A stretch of 63,608 nucleotides of DNA, counting the filler, from Hausera hauseri (taxonomy: Eukaryota), in assembly GCA_046269625.1 (NCBI GenBank). It is 13 parts of 13 records of this genome, joined end to end, with 100 filler letters (N's around TTAATTAATTAA, not from the genome) between each part and the next. Parts side by side here need not be neighbours in the genome. Positions count along the whole stretch, not along the records: positions 49,155 to 53,716 come from JBJURY010526790.1; positions 53,817 to 58,495 come from JBJURY010478132.1; positions 58,596 to 63,608 come from JBJURY010361707.1; 10 more parts are not named here. One strand, 5' to 3'. Numbering within the stretch: position 1 is the first letter of the stretch; every line of letters begins with the position of its first letter. Both the position numbers and the translations under genes were made by a program. Below are positions 49,155 to 62,600 of the stretch, one piece after another. The notes under the pieces are model-generated. The model was not told the DNA's origin. It searched no databases and saw only the letters and a list, made by a program, of their open reading frames with translations.

Positions 49155-52100
49155 CCATATATTGTGTCTCTCGCATACATGTAGTGGATCAGTGCCATCA
49201 AGAGATGGTTAATTACTAAAGACTTGGCACGGACACGAATGTGTGTCGAACGTGTAGTGTTCCAACCCGTTGTCCGTACCCCGATTTTTATGAGGTGCAC
49301 AAGCATCATCTCGGACATTTACTCGGTTGCCTCGAATTGCCCCACATACCTGCGATACTGTTGTAATAGAATGCATGATGTTGATGGTTGCCATAGTGTA
49401 ATGGAGCAGTACTATGGTGCCACAACGGTGCACGGTAAACTGGCCCACGTTTGTGCCGGTTGTTCTATAGTTGATGAAATCAACTATGAACAATATTATA
49501 ATCTACACAAAGGCCACTTAAACCAGTTTAAGCGGTCGAAAAAACAACTAGTTATGGACTCAACCGGCAGCAGCAACATCTCCTCAATAACCAGTAGGAA
49601 ATGTCAGACCTCAACAAGCCTTAACGACTTAATCGAAAACAGTACCGTTCAACAGCATCAACAAGAAGAAGAAGAAGAACAACAACAACTACAACAACTG
49701 TAGCAACAGGATGCCAATCTGCCCATTATTACAGTCAAGCACGATCTGAGTAGATCGTACATGGACATAAAAGCGAACATGTCAGCGAAAGCATCAGCGC
49801 AATTAAGACATGTTCCGCAAAATGTGCGCAACCGGTTGGAATTAGAAGTGGAGAAATTCAAACACCACCTCTGAAAAGTGCAATATTATGCACTTACAGA
49901 ATTTGAAAACGCTGAAGGTGACAGGAAACAATGGTACCTATCACATCGAGCTGTACCGTATGCTAATGATTTTGTTGCCGACGTAGGCAAAAAGCTCTAG
50001 GAGAAAATCGTCAGTTACACGGAAAAGGGTAGTGGATGATGAATTATACGAATTGCCATCATCGGCTTTATCATAACAAAGTCTAGTGACATAATATATT
50101 TGTCTGGACGATCATTCATACCGACACCTGCAGCTTTGAAGCTCTGTGGCGGTAGTGAATGTAAAAAATACTAACGATGAATACTGTTTTATTTACATTA
50201 TTCTGGCGGTATTGAAATATGACGAAGTGGACAGACATAGTGCATCTCATTCAAAACAGTATCAGAAATATTTTTCCAAATTGGATTTTGATGAAAGCTG
50301 GATGCCAATGAAACTGAAATCAATTCCGGTTTTTAAACGGCGTATTCTGACATTGGAAATTAACGTGTTCCGGTACAGCACAATCGTAGAAATACCGGCG
50401 GATGGAAAAATTTAGAAAAATCCTCATGTGAATATAATCTATCGCAGTCGGAACCCAAATGGCCGCTGAGTAAATTTGTTGCCACTGGAACAAAAAGAAA
50501 AGTACCATTACGTATCAGTGACAAATCTGGACAGACTACTGAACATGGAGCATGCCCATTTCCTCCAAAAAGCGGATACAGTGTAAATGGTGTCCTGTAT
50601 GTCTTCACTGATTCAGGTCGAAAACAATATGGGAGAAACATGTGACTCTGTGCAGAAAAAATTCGTCGAAAATCACAATTTACATCATGTCCGTCAAACA
50701 GGAACGCAGGTTCACTTATTAGTCAAAAATAGACAGTCCGAAATATTTAGTATATGCCGATATCGAAGCTATCTTACCACGGCACAACATATATGACCAA
50801 AAATATGTTCCAGTTGCCGTCAATATGTTGGGTGTCCCAATAAAACCGCAGGTCAACCTCAATATTATGTTTTTCACGGATGGAATTGTGTATGCAATTT
50901 CTTGCAGCAGTTGCAAACCACAGTGGAAACTGAAATCGCACCCTTGTACAGTAGAAATAGCAATAAACCTTTGATGTGGACAGATGAAGATGAACGCATG
51001 ACATTTGCAGTCACATGTATGTTGCCTGTGCCACAAAATATTACCGTTTGATGCACAGGAACGGCTCGCACCGGATCATGACCATTTTACCGGTCGATAC
51101 CTCGGATCAGCATGTAATTCATGCAATTTGGCAAGGGGTGTACGGCCATTTCTACCGATGATATTATATAACTTTCGAGGTTATGTTTGACACCATATTT
51201 TGAAATGGGCCATAAGCGGATTTACGCACTGGGAACTATCCATAATTCCAACAACGATGGAGAAGTACTTGCCCCTATCGGCACGCATAAACCGGTTCTA
51301 AGTACAATTTCTTGACTCATTACAGTTCCTCAGTGAGTCTCTAGGAAAGCTCGTAAGTGCCTTGCCGGATGTGCCGATAACGCTGACGCAGTTCCCTGCG
51401 CATATTGCACGCAGCAAAGTCATATTCCCATATGACTTTGCTGTGTCGTACAAGCGGTTTCAGACAAGAGATGAATTGCCGCCACAATGGGCCGGAATAA
51501 CAAAGGACGAGTATCACAGAGCACAGGAAGCGTGAAAAGAGCTCGGTTGCAGGAACCTGTTGGATTGCATGCTCCAGTACCTGAAACTGGACATGTACTT
51601 CTTAGCCCATGTATTTCAGACATTTCGTACTAAGACGTTAGCGGAAGGTAGGCTGGAGCCGCTAAACCTTTACTCCATACCGGGGATGAGTTGGGCATCG
51701 GCACTAATGTCGCTGGACATGGAAATTGAACTGTTGCAAGACGCGGAAATGTACTGACTATTTGATGTTGGTATTTGTGGCGGCATGACATTTGTCAACA
51801 ACCATCACGTAACCAGTGATGACGATGATGATACAACGTCAATGTTGTACATCGATATTAATGACCTGTACGGCTGGGCCCTTTTGCAACCCTTGCCGTA
51901 CGGTTCATTTGAATGAATAATGGATAAACGAGAACTGCATATATTGCTGGACAGTCTGCTAGCAGCAGCAAACACGACAGAAAGCAGCTCAGTCGGCTAC
52001 CTAATGGAAGTCGATTTTTTGGTATCAGATGAGCTGCATGATGCTCTGGACGAATTACCCGTGGCACCAATCAGCCAATGTCCACCCGGCGGCTCAAAAG

Positions 52101-53105
52101 TAAAGAAACTGCTCACGACGCATGAACCCAAATCGAATTACGTGGTTTATTGGCGTCTACTGCAGTTTTACATGCAGCTTGGTGTACGCGTTACACAGCC
52201 GCATCGCGCAGTCTGCTTCAATCAGGCTCCGATATTCAAGGTGTACATTGATGGAAGAATAGGAGAAACGAACCTCAGCTTGTACAAATTTCGAAAAGGA
52301 CTATTACAAGCTTAAAAACAATTCACTGTACGGGAAAACAGTGGAGAATCTGAAGAAGCGGCTCAATGTGCGCCTGTGTAACAACGAAAAATGACTGGTT
52401 ACGTACACCAACAAGGCTCAGTTCAGGCGGTCAATGCACATTGCCGATGGATTGGTTGCTGTGCTGTTAAAGCGAGAAGAAGTCGTTCTGGACCGGCCAA
52501 GTTACATCGGACAAGTGGTATTGGACCTGAGCAAATTGCGATTGTACGAGCTCCAGTATCCCGACTTGACACGTCATCTGCAAATGTTCGACGGCTGTGA
52601 GATCAGTATCGTTTCCGGTGACACAGACATCTTTTTCCTTGAGCTGAAAAACATCAATCAAGACCAGCTGCTCCGACAAATGATGTCAGATGGACTGTTG
52701 GACACATCCAACTACCCATAGAACCATCCACTGTACAGTAGCGCGATAACAAACAAAATCGGCTGCTTCAAGGACGAAAGTGAAGGCCGGGTTTAATACA
52801 GGGAATGGATATTTTTGCGCTCAAAGTGCTACAGTCTTCTGACGGACTGAGGACCGAAAATGTGGGCAAAAGGCATCCAACTGAAACAGACGAAAATAAA
52901 TCACGGTGATTATCGCTGCGTTTATGATGGACAACAAGACGGAGAAGTAGGAAAGGCTGTTGTGTCTCAAACAACCATACGATCGATTGAGCACCAGCTT
53001 TATACCATCACAAATAAAACGGTTGCTTTTTCATGCAACGATGACAAGCGAAACTGGGTGGGGCGAAATAAGAGTTGGGCGTATGGGCATTGGCGCTTGA
53101 AGTAA
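49155..53105 (+). pseudogene. Polinton-type protein-primed PolB, near full length (subfamily B)
   Basis: Colinear with the reverse complement of 36710-40370. LVYADIE; DHDHFTGRYLGSACNSCNL; YIDINDLYGWA (motif A); KLKNNSLYGKT; GDTDI; AYGHW end. Confidence 0.92.
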
Positions 53106-53339
53106 AGCACATGCACAGTCAGTCAGCTCAGACGAAAACAGTCAGATCAGTACAATTTATAAACTGACTCTCTGTTATTTGATTTTGTAAATAATGTATA
53201 TTTGTTTCACGTATTTTGTTTTATCTTTTTAATTTAACGTATTATTATTATGTAAGGTGTTTAATAAAAATAACGAATTAAGAGAAAAGTAAAATCAATA
53301 ATTTATTAATGATAAAACACAAAAGGCAATTCAAATAAA

Positions 53340-53716
53340 ACTAAATTTACCCAATTTCCACATTGGCTATTTAACGCCACACAAGTCTTTGTAGCCTTTT
53401 AATTTCAGCCTCAGACAGCCTTTAGCATCTTCGGATGGCAACGTCGTCACTTCTGTTGTTGTTGTTTCGTCACCACTTGAACGGATAATTTTTTTCATAT
53501 TGCCCATGAGAAAAAAAGATGACGTATCCCTAATATCATTGGACAACACCAAATCACTGTCAACGTTTTCATCGTATCCAAATCACTGTCGCTGATTTTC
53601 TTTGCCAACAAACCGCATTTCACCTGTTTGAGTTTAACCGGTTGCGCCAATGATAATTGAATAGACGTTCGTAGGTAGTTCAATTTGTAGCCATTGTACA
53701 ACCGAGACGGTCTGAC
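53340..53716 (-). pseudogene. small conserved gene convergent with PolB subfamily B; possible OB-fold SSB
   Basis: KKISDSDLDTM..LVLSNDIRDTSS..KGCLRLKLKGYKDLCGVK*PMWKL; homologous to 36106-36412. Confidence 0.55.
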
Positions 53717-53816
53717 NNNNNNNNNNNNNNNNNNNNNNNNNNNNNNNNNNNNNNNNNNNNTTAATTAATTAANNNNNNNNNNNNNNNNNNNNNNNNNNNN
53801 NNNNNNNNNNNNNNNN

Positions 53817-54059
53817 AGGGCAACACTTGCCAATCACATAACATTTGAGGATTACGTGGATTGCCTTAGAAATGAGACAGTGTTGCTTTCATCAATGAAG
53901 TCCATCCAGTCCAACCGTCATTTTGTCTCCACAGTTGACCAGTATAAGAAATCCTTGAGTTCCTTTGATTACAAGAGACTGATATTACATGATGGCATAT
54001 GTACGCGAGCCCATGGACATTGTGATTCTCACGATGATGTACAGATTTGTGACTACTGA
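53817..54059 (+). pseudogene. C-terminal end of another Polinton-type PolB
   Basis: ATLANHITFEDYVDCL..SIQS..H...KKSLSSFDYKRLILHDGICTRAHGH is the typical PolB tail. Confidence 0.85.
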
Positions 54060-54227
54060 TTGTACAAAACAAGACTTCAGTGTTCTATATATTATTATCC
54101 TGTGAATAAATTTCAGTTGTTTAATGAGCATGTGAGCGTTACGTGATTGGTCAATTGCTGCGTGGGTGAACCCCCTCTCTGTACAAGACTGATCTTTTCC
54201 CATACTTACAGCTTCCGATTATGAAAT

Positions 54228-54595
54228 CAGATATTCGAATTCGAAAAAAATTTGACCGAATATCGAACTAAGCACTATTCGAAAAATCTGATGACTTCAT
54301 TGGATTCCCCATGTGCGAAAACCTCTGTAACCATTAAAATTATTCAATGAAAATGTACTATATAGTTAAAAATAAATAAAACGAATTAAGCAAAATGCAC
54401 ATTTTATGCTCAATGAAGCAGAAATCGGTAAATCTTTAAGCGTAGACAGATAGGAAACAATATATGAGGAATCGGAATAAGACGTCAGATATTTGAATAC
54501 TTAGATATTCGAACTCGAAACCTCGGTCAAACGTAAATTATTCGAAGAATCTGATCAGTCCATTATATTCTCCATATGCGAAAACCTACAAAAAA
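54228..54595. repeat. imperfect ~100-bp direct repeat pair (~54228-54330 and ~54502-54590)
   Basis: AGATATTCGAA.TCGAAA...TATTCGAA.AATCTGAT....CATT..ATTC.CCAT.TGCGAAAACCT occurs twice. Confidence 0.75.
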
Positions 54596-54734
54596 TCGAA
54601 ATTTGCACTGTGTAGCACATGGTTTTCAACTAAAACAAGGTTTTCCAATAAATTAAAATTATTTAAAAATCCATAAACGAGACAGTGTACGTTGACATGG
54701 TTATCTTTTATTATTTCAGAAATCACTTCCAAGA

Positions 54735-57700
54735 ATGGTGAGTTTTTAATTGTGCTCCAAAAATAATTGTGTTATTTCTAGAATTGCAAATTATACGAAG
54801 ACAGTGTGGCTCAGATTCATGATTCGCAGAATTGTCACAATGTGATGCAAAAGTATTTCAGTTACCATTACAACAGAACTAAATATAATGTATGTCCTAC
54901 ATGTGAGGTAGTGTGCAGAACCAGTTATGATGAATTCTACAATGCTCATAAACAACATCTGACTTCCTTTACCAAGTCGAAAAAGAGATTCAGCAAGAAT
55001 ATACCGATGACATCATATGCCCCTCAAAAAATTCAAAACTGCAGTTCATACGTGTATTGCACATCCACAGTACACAATCCGCAGAACTGCAATGATAGAA
55101 TGCAGCGCTACTACAGACAAATTCAACCGGATCCAATATATTTATCCAGGATGCGAGACTGTATGCAACACGGAATACACAAACTTTCATGAAAACCACA
55201 AAGCTCATTTGACTAACTTCAAGTCAAAGTCAAAGAGGACGATCTTCAATGAGCAGCATAATCCTGCTGTTGCAGCAGCACAGCTAGTTCCACACACTTC
55301 AACATAGCACACCTTGACGCAGCACACTGGATCATCAGCGTAGCAGCACACAGGATTAAAACGCGTAGCGGCAGACATTCCAAATACTCCACCAAAAAGT
55401 CAAAGGCACCGAGCAGTTGATATTGCAGTATTGAAGAAAAAAATCCGAAGATATGTCATATCTGCAATTGATCAAACAACGCTCCACTAGTTTCTGAAAT
55501 ATACGAAAAATGAAACCATGGGGATTCTCCAAGACAACATGATGGAGATCAAGACCCTTAAAGTCAACTTAAAATTAGAGGCCACATACCAATGTTGATG
55601 GCGAAGAATCAAATAGGACCTTCAAGACTAAAAATAGGCCAATATTGGAAACCACCAATATTTCAGAATGGTTGCATGAGGAACACGCGAACCTGGTACG
55701 TGAAGATGAGAAGAGCCAGGACAATAGGAGCGGATGTACTCTGGCAACCATAAAGAAATTGCTTGTCTTTGTGCACAAGTACTCCCCTATGCGAAACGAT
55801 CGTTAAGAAAAAAGCATGCATCAATGTCCATAATGATTGTGAAATGTGTTTCAAATACTCCATTCTTTCAAAACTCATACCGGATCAAAAACATGCATGT
55901 CATGTCTGGTTGTATAATGACCTACAGCACAATGATAACTTCCAATGTATTACGTTCCCACCATCCTTAGATAAAGTCAACAAATTTGGGCGAATCGACA
56001 GTATGTCTATCAATATCTTTGGATTGGATGAGGATAAATTCTATCCGCTACAAATATACGATGTCGAATTGGAAGATCATAGGCATCTGCTCCTGCTAGA
56101 CGATGGAGAAAAGAGGCATTTCATATGGATCAAGATATTCGAGCGTCTAGTGACATCCCGAATAACAAAAGATGACATTAGAATTGAGATCTGTAAAAGA
56201 TGTCTGTCCCATTTCAGTGGCAAGTTAGCTGTGCAGAAGCTTTCACGTCACAATATGTACTGCAACAACAACAATTAGTGTATCAGGACAGAATTTCCCA
56301 AGGAGGACCATATAGAATATAGAGTTTGAAAAGAAGCTCAAGGTTCCAATAGTCATCTATTGCGACTTTGAAGCAATCCTGAGTCCAATTCAGAGTTGCA
56401 GTCCGAATCCGCAACAAAGTAGCACAACAGTGTACCAATATAATGAACTCTCGTCATATTGTATGTATGCAAAATGACTGGACAAGGAGCCTTTTCTATT
56501 CATGGGTCTAAATGCAGCAGCACATTTTCTGAAGCGATTAGAAATGGCCCATAGGATCGAAGTTATGTTGAAGCAATAGAAAGATTTGGATAAAATGAGC
56601 ATGTTGAAGAAGGAACAAGAACGGAGCAAGGCAACAATATGCTACTTGTGCTCCAAATCCTTCACTAAGGAGTATCATAAAGTCATGGATCACTGCCATT
56701 TGCAGGCAAATATCGAGGCGCAGCCTGCAACAATTGCAATCTACGTTGCAGAACAGTTACATTTGTGCCTGTAGTATTCCATAATCTCAGTGGCTATGAT
56801 TCCCATTTCATAGTCCGAGAATTGAGAAACATTGAAGGTAACATCGACGTGATTCCCAACAGTGAGGAGACATGTCACCTTTACGAAACATGTTGGAAAA
56901 GTCAAACTCCGCTTCACAGACAGTTTCCGAGACGAAGCGGTTCTTTCCTACTACATTTGACTTGGTCAAAAGGAAAGTTTCCAGGGAACACTGGACGAAA
57001 CAGCATTGCTGGCCAAGAAAGGCTTTTACAGTCAGCTCTCAGACCGTGATATCAGCAATGCGGATTATCAACACGCTCAAAGGATCTGGGAAGCATTCAA
57101 ATGTAGGACAGTAGAATATAGCCACATATCTCCTTACGGATTTTCTGCTGCTGATAGATGTCTTTGAAAGCTTCCGGGATGTAACACTAGAAAGCCACAG
57201 GCTGGATCCAGCTCATTTCTTCACAGCTCGAGGACTGAGTTGGGCAGCTATGCTGTAATATACCGGTATTAGACGGCAGATCTTGAAGGATTATAATATG
57301 ATCCTCATGATCGAGAGGGGCATTAGAGGTGGAATATGCCAGGCCATTGACCAGTATAATGAAGCCAACAAGTGTATGGCCGAATATGACTCATCAAAGC
57401 TATCCTCATATATTACATACTTGGATGCAAACAACCTCTATGGATGGGCAATGAGCGCCCCATTGCCGTATGATAACTTCCAATGGGTCAAGCATCCCGA
57501 GGATATAGCAATGCAAGATGTAGATCCCAATGGAGATACGGGCCACGTACTGGAGGTGGATGTGGAATATGACCAGCCACCTTATCGAAAATTCAAAAAG
57601 CTACTGTCATCTGGAGAATAGGGAGATATGTAGCTCACTACATCAATCTCCAGCAAGCAATGAACAATGAACTCCGCATCACGAAGATCCATCGGTCCCT

Positions 57701-58486
57701 GCAGTTCATACAGTCCATGTGGCTGAAACTTGATATATACCTCAATAAGCAGCTGCAGGTCAATGCCAAAAACGATATCAAGAAAGATTAATTCAAGCTG
57801 TATAACAATAGAAACACCCAAAACAGGATCAACATCGAACTGGTCTGTGATTGGAAAGGGCCAAGCTGATTTCTAAGCCAAACTTCCATAGCAGCGTGAT
57901 ATATGCTGAAAACCTGATCAGTATTCATATGCTGAAAACATCGCTCGAATTCAACAAGCCAATTTATGTGGGCATTACGACATCATGGTTTCCACATTCA
58001 AGGAGCTGCAGCTTATGTATATGGATTCTGATAGCTTCATATATCAGATCCATACATATGACATCTTTGATGACTGCTCAATTGGCGCAGCATACGGATA
58101 CATCAGACAATCCGAAAGACCATAGGAACTTCTCTGTGAAGAACAAAAGGTCCTCGGGAAGTTCATGGATGAAGTCAATGGCAAGATAATAACAAGATTC
58201 GCGGCGCTCCGCTCCAAAATGTACGTCATTAATGTTAGTAGTCAAGTAAAGAAGCGGGCTAAGAGTGTGCAAAGAGCCACGTTAGCAAAGAAAATCAGCT
58301 TCGCTGACTACGTGAGAGTTCAGCAGGAGCAGACTGACAATATCAGAAATGAGGCGTATACAGTCTCATGACCATCAAATACAAACAGTAGCGCTGCAGA
58401 AGAGCTTGGATTGTTTCGAAGATGAACGGCACATTATGGACGACGGAATCTACACACTGCCTCACGGACATGCTGCATTATTGTAA
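54735..58486 (+). pseudogene. Polinton-type protein-primed PolB, near full length (subfamily A), with a predicted 44-nt intron after the ATG
   Basis: Two Cys/His repeats; IYCDFE; PVVFHNLSGYDSHFI; ERGIRGG; YLDANNLYGWAM; YMDSDS; ALRSKMY; TLPHGH end. Many lesions. Confidence 0.92.
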
Positions 58487-60085
58487 ATATTGACANNNNN
58501 NNNNNNNNNNNNNNNNNNNNNNNNNNNNNNNNNNNNNNNTTAATTAATTAANNNNNNNNNNNNNNNNNNNNNNNNNNNNNNNNNNNNNNNNNNNNTGTGT
58601 GTGGTACGGTTGAAAAAACGGGAATGTGATTAGAAAATGTAAATATATGTAAATATAAATGTGAAATTAAACTATGTGTTATGTAATCGTGACGTAACCA
58701 CCTGTAGACGTTTATGGAGACAAACAAGGTGGGAAATATACACGGCTATTTGTGTACATAAGAGGTATATAGATATGTATAGAAATGAAAGAGAAAAACG
58801 ATGATTATGAAAAATGAAATATATATAAATATTGCAAATTAATTAAAAATTAATGAAAAATTTAAAAATTTGAAAACCTTGATACTATGATAGAAAAAAT
58901 TATGATATTGTCTTTAATTATGCACAAGGAGTTAAAACGTTACGGACGGATGTTAATGATTGAAATATACAAATTCAATTCCAAGGAACAAACAAATGTT
59001 GAAAATTTATCGAAATGAGTTATAAATCATGGTGAGACAAAATTTAATTTGAAAGTAATGGAGAAGTTCAACATAATGCTTAAAAGATGGGTAATTTGGA
59101 ATTTATATCATATTAATGATGAAAAGATTTTCATGTTCATACTCTATACTGATAAAATAACTGAAGTTATGGTGCTGGTAGAAGAGTTGATGGAAGATTA
59201 TAAATCAGTGGAGGCTTTGTCGAGCCTCATTCAAAAACTCGAAATCTATGTCGTGGAAATCGTCTATCCTAAAAAGTTGTATACACCTCAAAAGAAACAG
59301 ACGGATTATATCGAAATTACTGCTTAGACATGGACTAATGCTTCAGAATAAGATGAGTCTTTTCGTTATTTGTTCTAATAAATTAAATGATGATTATGAG
59401 GGTTCCAGGTTCGTCTTTTAGAGTTCATTACACTCAATGACATCGAAATGTACAATATGGAAATGCCATAGGATTTCGTCAATCTCATGAAAAGGTCGTT
59501 ATTCGAAAACCTCTACGCGGTGGCGTGTGATTATCTGCACATTATTATTGACCGTCAGAGTAGAAGAGGAGTGTTATACAAAGTTGAAGGTATTATTTAT
59601 TACAATTATCCTTGTTGTTTCCCTTTGTCTTGCTCCCTGATCGTCGGTGGGGGTTAATAGCGGTACTTGAATGGATGTGTGTTTGAGTTGATAGATGATG
59701 GGGTACACATGAGAGGGACGGAAAATAAGCTGAGAGTTGTGAAGGGAATTTCATGTACTAATTGGTTCGAATTAGATGTGATATTGAATGGGATGGGGAA
59801 TGTATGACTGAAGAGGTCATGAAGGTTAGAGTGAAAAAGAGAAACAATAGGAGATGTTCTCCTTGTGCGAATAACGTCGCTCAAGGATTTAGGTCGGAAT
59901 TAAAATTAAAGTATATAACGATAAATGGGCCAGTGGGCAATCTGCGAGGAGGTTTTTCGATCATATAATAAAGGGACATGGTTTGAAGAACAAAATGATT
60001 AGCATTGAAAAAGAAATGTTAAATAATTTTTGTATAAATTCTCCAATGGCTACATATTTCATTATTTTAAACTTCACTTCCAAGA

Positions 60086-62600
60086 ATGGTGAGTGTTTTA
60101 ATTGTGCTCCTGAAATAATTGGTTGATTTGTAGATGTGCAACTTCTACAAATTTTGTATGGCACAGAAACATGAGGAAAAGAATTGACACATTGTAATGC
60201 AGCATTATTTTGGATACGAACATAATAGGACTCAATACTATGTGTGTCCTGCATGTGATGTAGTATGCCGGATCGGTTACGAAGAATTTTACAACCAGCA
60301 TAAACAGCATCTAGATTCATTCACAAAGTCGAAGAAAGAAATATTCAACAGTAATATGCCAATGACAACAAGTATCCCAAAAGCCAATCAGATGTGCGGT
60401 TCCTATGCTTAATGCACATCCAAAGCACATAATCCGCAACAGTGTCATGAAACGATGCAGCGGTATTGTGGATACAAATCCAAAAAGATCCATTATTATA
60501 TATGTCCAGGATGTGAGACTGTGTGCGGTGCAGACTACATACAGTTCTATTATGATCACAAACAACATTTGAGTCACTTCGAATCAAAGTCAAAGAAAAC
60601 CATCTTTAATGAGCAACATAATATTGATGTATCTGCTTCTCATTACGATGTTTCGCAGTATGATGCTTCGCATTATGCTGCTGGATCTGATGCAGCAGCT
60701 ACAAAACATCTTAATGAATTGAAACGCGCAGCTGCGTCACGCGCAGCAGCATCAGGCCCATTATGCACAGCAGCATCAGGCACGGTCACATCATACGCAC
60801 CGTCTCCATCAAAAAGCCAAAGACAGAGGCCGTTGATGCTGCAACATTAAAGAAAAAATGCCACAGATATGTTATTAATGCAACTGGTCAAACAACCATC
60901 CAATACTTCCTCTTATACACAAAGGACGAGACATAGAGAATTCTCCAGGACAACATAGCTGAGCTCAAAGCCCTTAAAGTGAATATGAAACTGGAGGCCA
61001 CATATATCAATAGAGCCTTTAAGACCAAAAATAGACCCTTATTGGGAAACACCGATACAGAAGAATGGATGCAAGTGGCACACGAGAAGCTGATTTACGA
61101 GGCTGAGGAGAGCCAGAATAAGAGGAGCGGATGGACTCTGGCAACCATCAAGAGATTGCTTGTGTATGTTCACAAGTACTCTCCCATGCGGGGTAGTTTA
61201 TATATTCAGCTCCCTGATTGGATCGCTAATAAAATGCATGTGTCAATGTCCATAATAACGACAACATGTGTTTCATGTATGCCATTCTATTAAAACTTGT
61301 ACCAGATCAAAATAGTGCTTCACCAGTTTGGCTATATAATGATGTGCAGCACAACTATGACTTCCCATGTATCACATTCCCTCCATCCTTAGATGAAATC
61401 AAGAAGTTCAGTCGACTCAACAATATATCAATCAATATCTTCGAATTGGATGAGGAGGACAAATTCTATCCCTTGCAGATATGTGATGCTGAATTGGAAG
61501 ACCACAGGGATCTGCTCTTACTAGATGATGGGAAAAAGAAACATTATGTTTGGATCAAGAACTTTGAACGTCTAGTCAGATCCCAAATTACGAAAAATCA
61601 TGGAAAAATTGAGATATGTAAGCGATACCTATCTCACTTCAGTGGTGATGCAGCAGTGGACAAGCTTGCAGAGCACAAAATGTACTGCAACAACAATTAT
61701 TGTGTAAGGCCAGAATTTCCCAAGGAAGACTATATTGAATTCAAGGAGTTCAAGAAGAAGATCAAGGTCCCAATAGTTATCTATTGTGACTTTGAGGATA
61801 TTCTGCGTCCAGTTCACAGCTGCACTCCCAGTAAGCGACGGCTTACCAATATCATGAACTCTCATTGTATTGCATGTATGCCAAAGGACTGGACAGGTGC
61901 AGCATCACATTTCATAAAAAGACTTGAAAACATGGCTCATAAAATTGAAAACATGCTTCAGCAGCATAAGGATAATATGAGCATGTCGTGAAAAAAAAGA
62001 AGAAAGGCGCAAGGCAACAACATGCTACTTGTGCGACAAGTCCTTCACTAAGAAGAATCATAAAGTCAGGGATCGCTGTCATTTTACAGGTGCATATCGA
62101 CACGCAGCATGCAACAACTGTAATCTTTGTTGCAAAATATGCATATATGTGCCTGTAGTGTTCCATAATCTCAGTGGCTATAATTCCCATTTCATAGTCC
62201 GAGAATTATGTAACATTGATGGTATTATAGATATGATCCCAAACAGTGAGGAGAAAAATATCACTTGCACTAAGCATGTTGGAAAAATTTGACTTTGATT
62301 CATGGACATCTTTCGTTTACTGTCGTCTTCACTGGACAGTTTGGTAAAGAACCTCCCTGCAGAAGAACTCAAGTAGACGAAGCGGTTCTTCCCCACTACC
62401 TTTGACCTCGTCAAGAGAAAAGGCGTGTTTCCCTATGACTATATAACTTCATGGGAAACACTGGATGAGACCTCATTGCCGGTCAAGAAGGACTTTTATA
62501 ATATCCTCTCTGATTGCGATATAAGTGATGCTGACTATTATCATGCTTATAATGCCTGGCATGCATTCCAATGCCAAACATTAGGGCAATATAGTGATAT
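60086..62600 (+). pseudogene. Polinton-type PolB subfamily A, N-terminal two thirds
   Basis: Same motifs as the 54735 copy, up to KGVFPYDY..TLGQYSDI; predicted intron 60089-60133. Confidence 0.92.
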
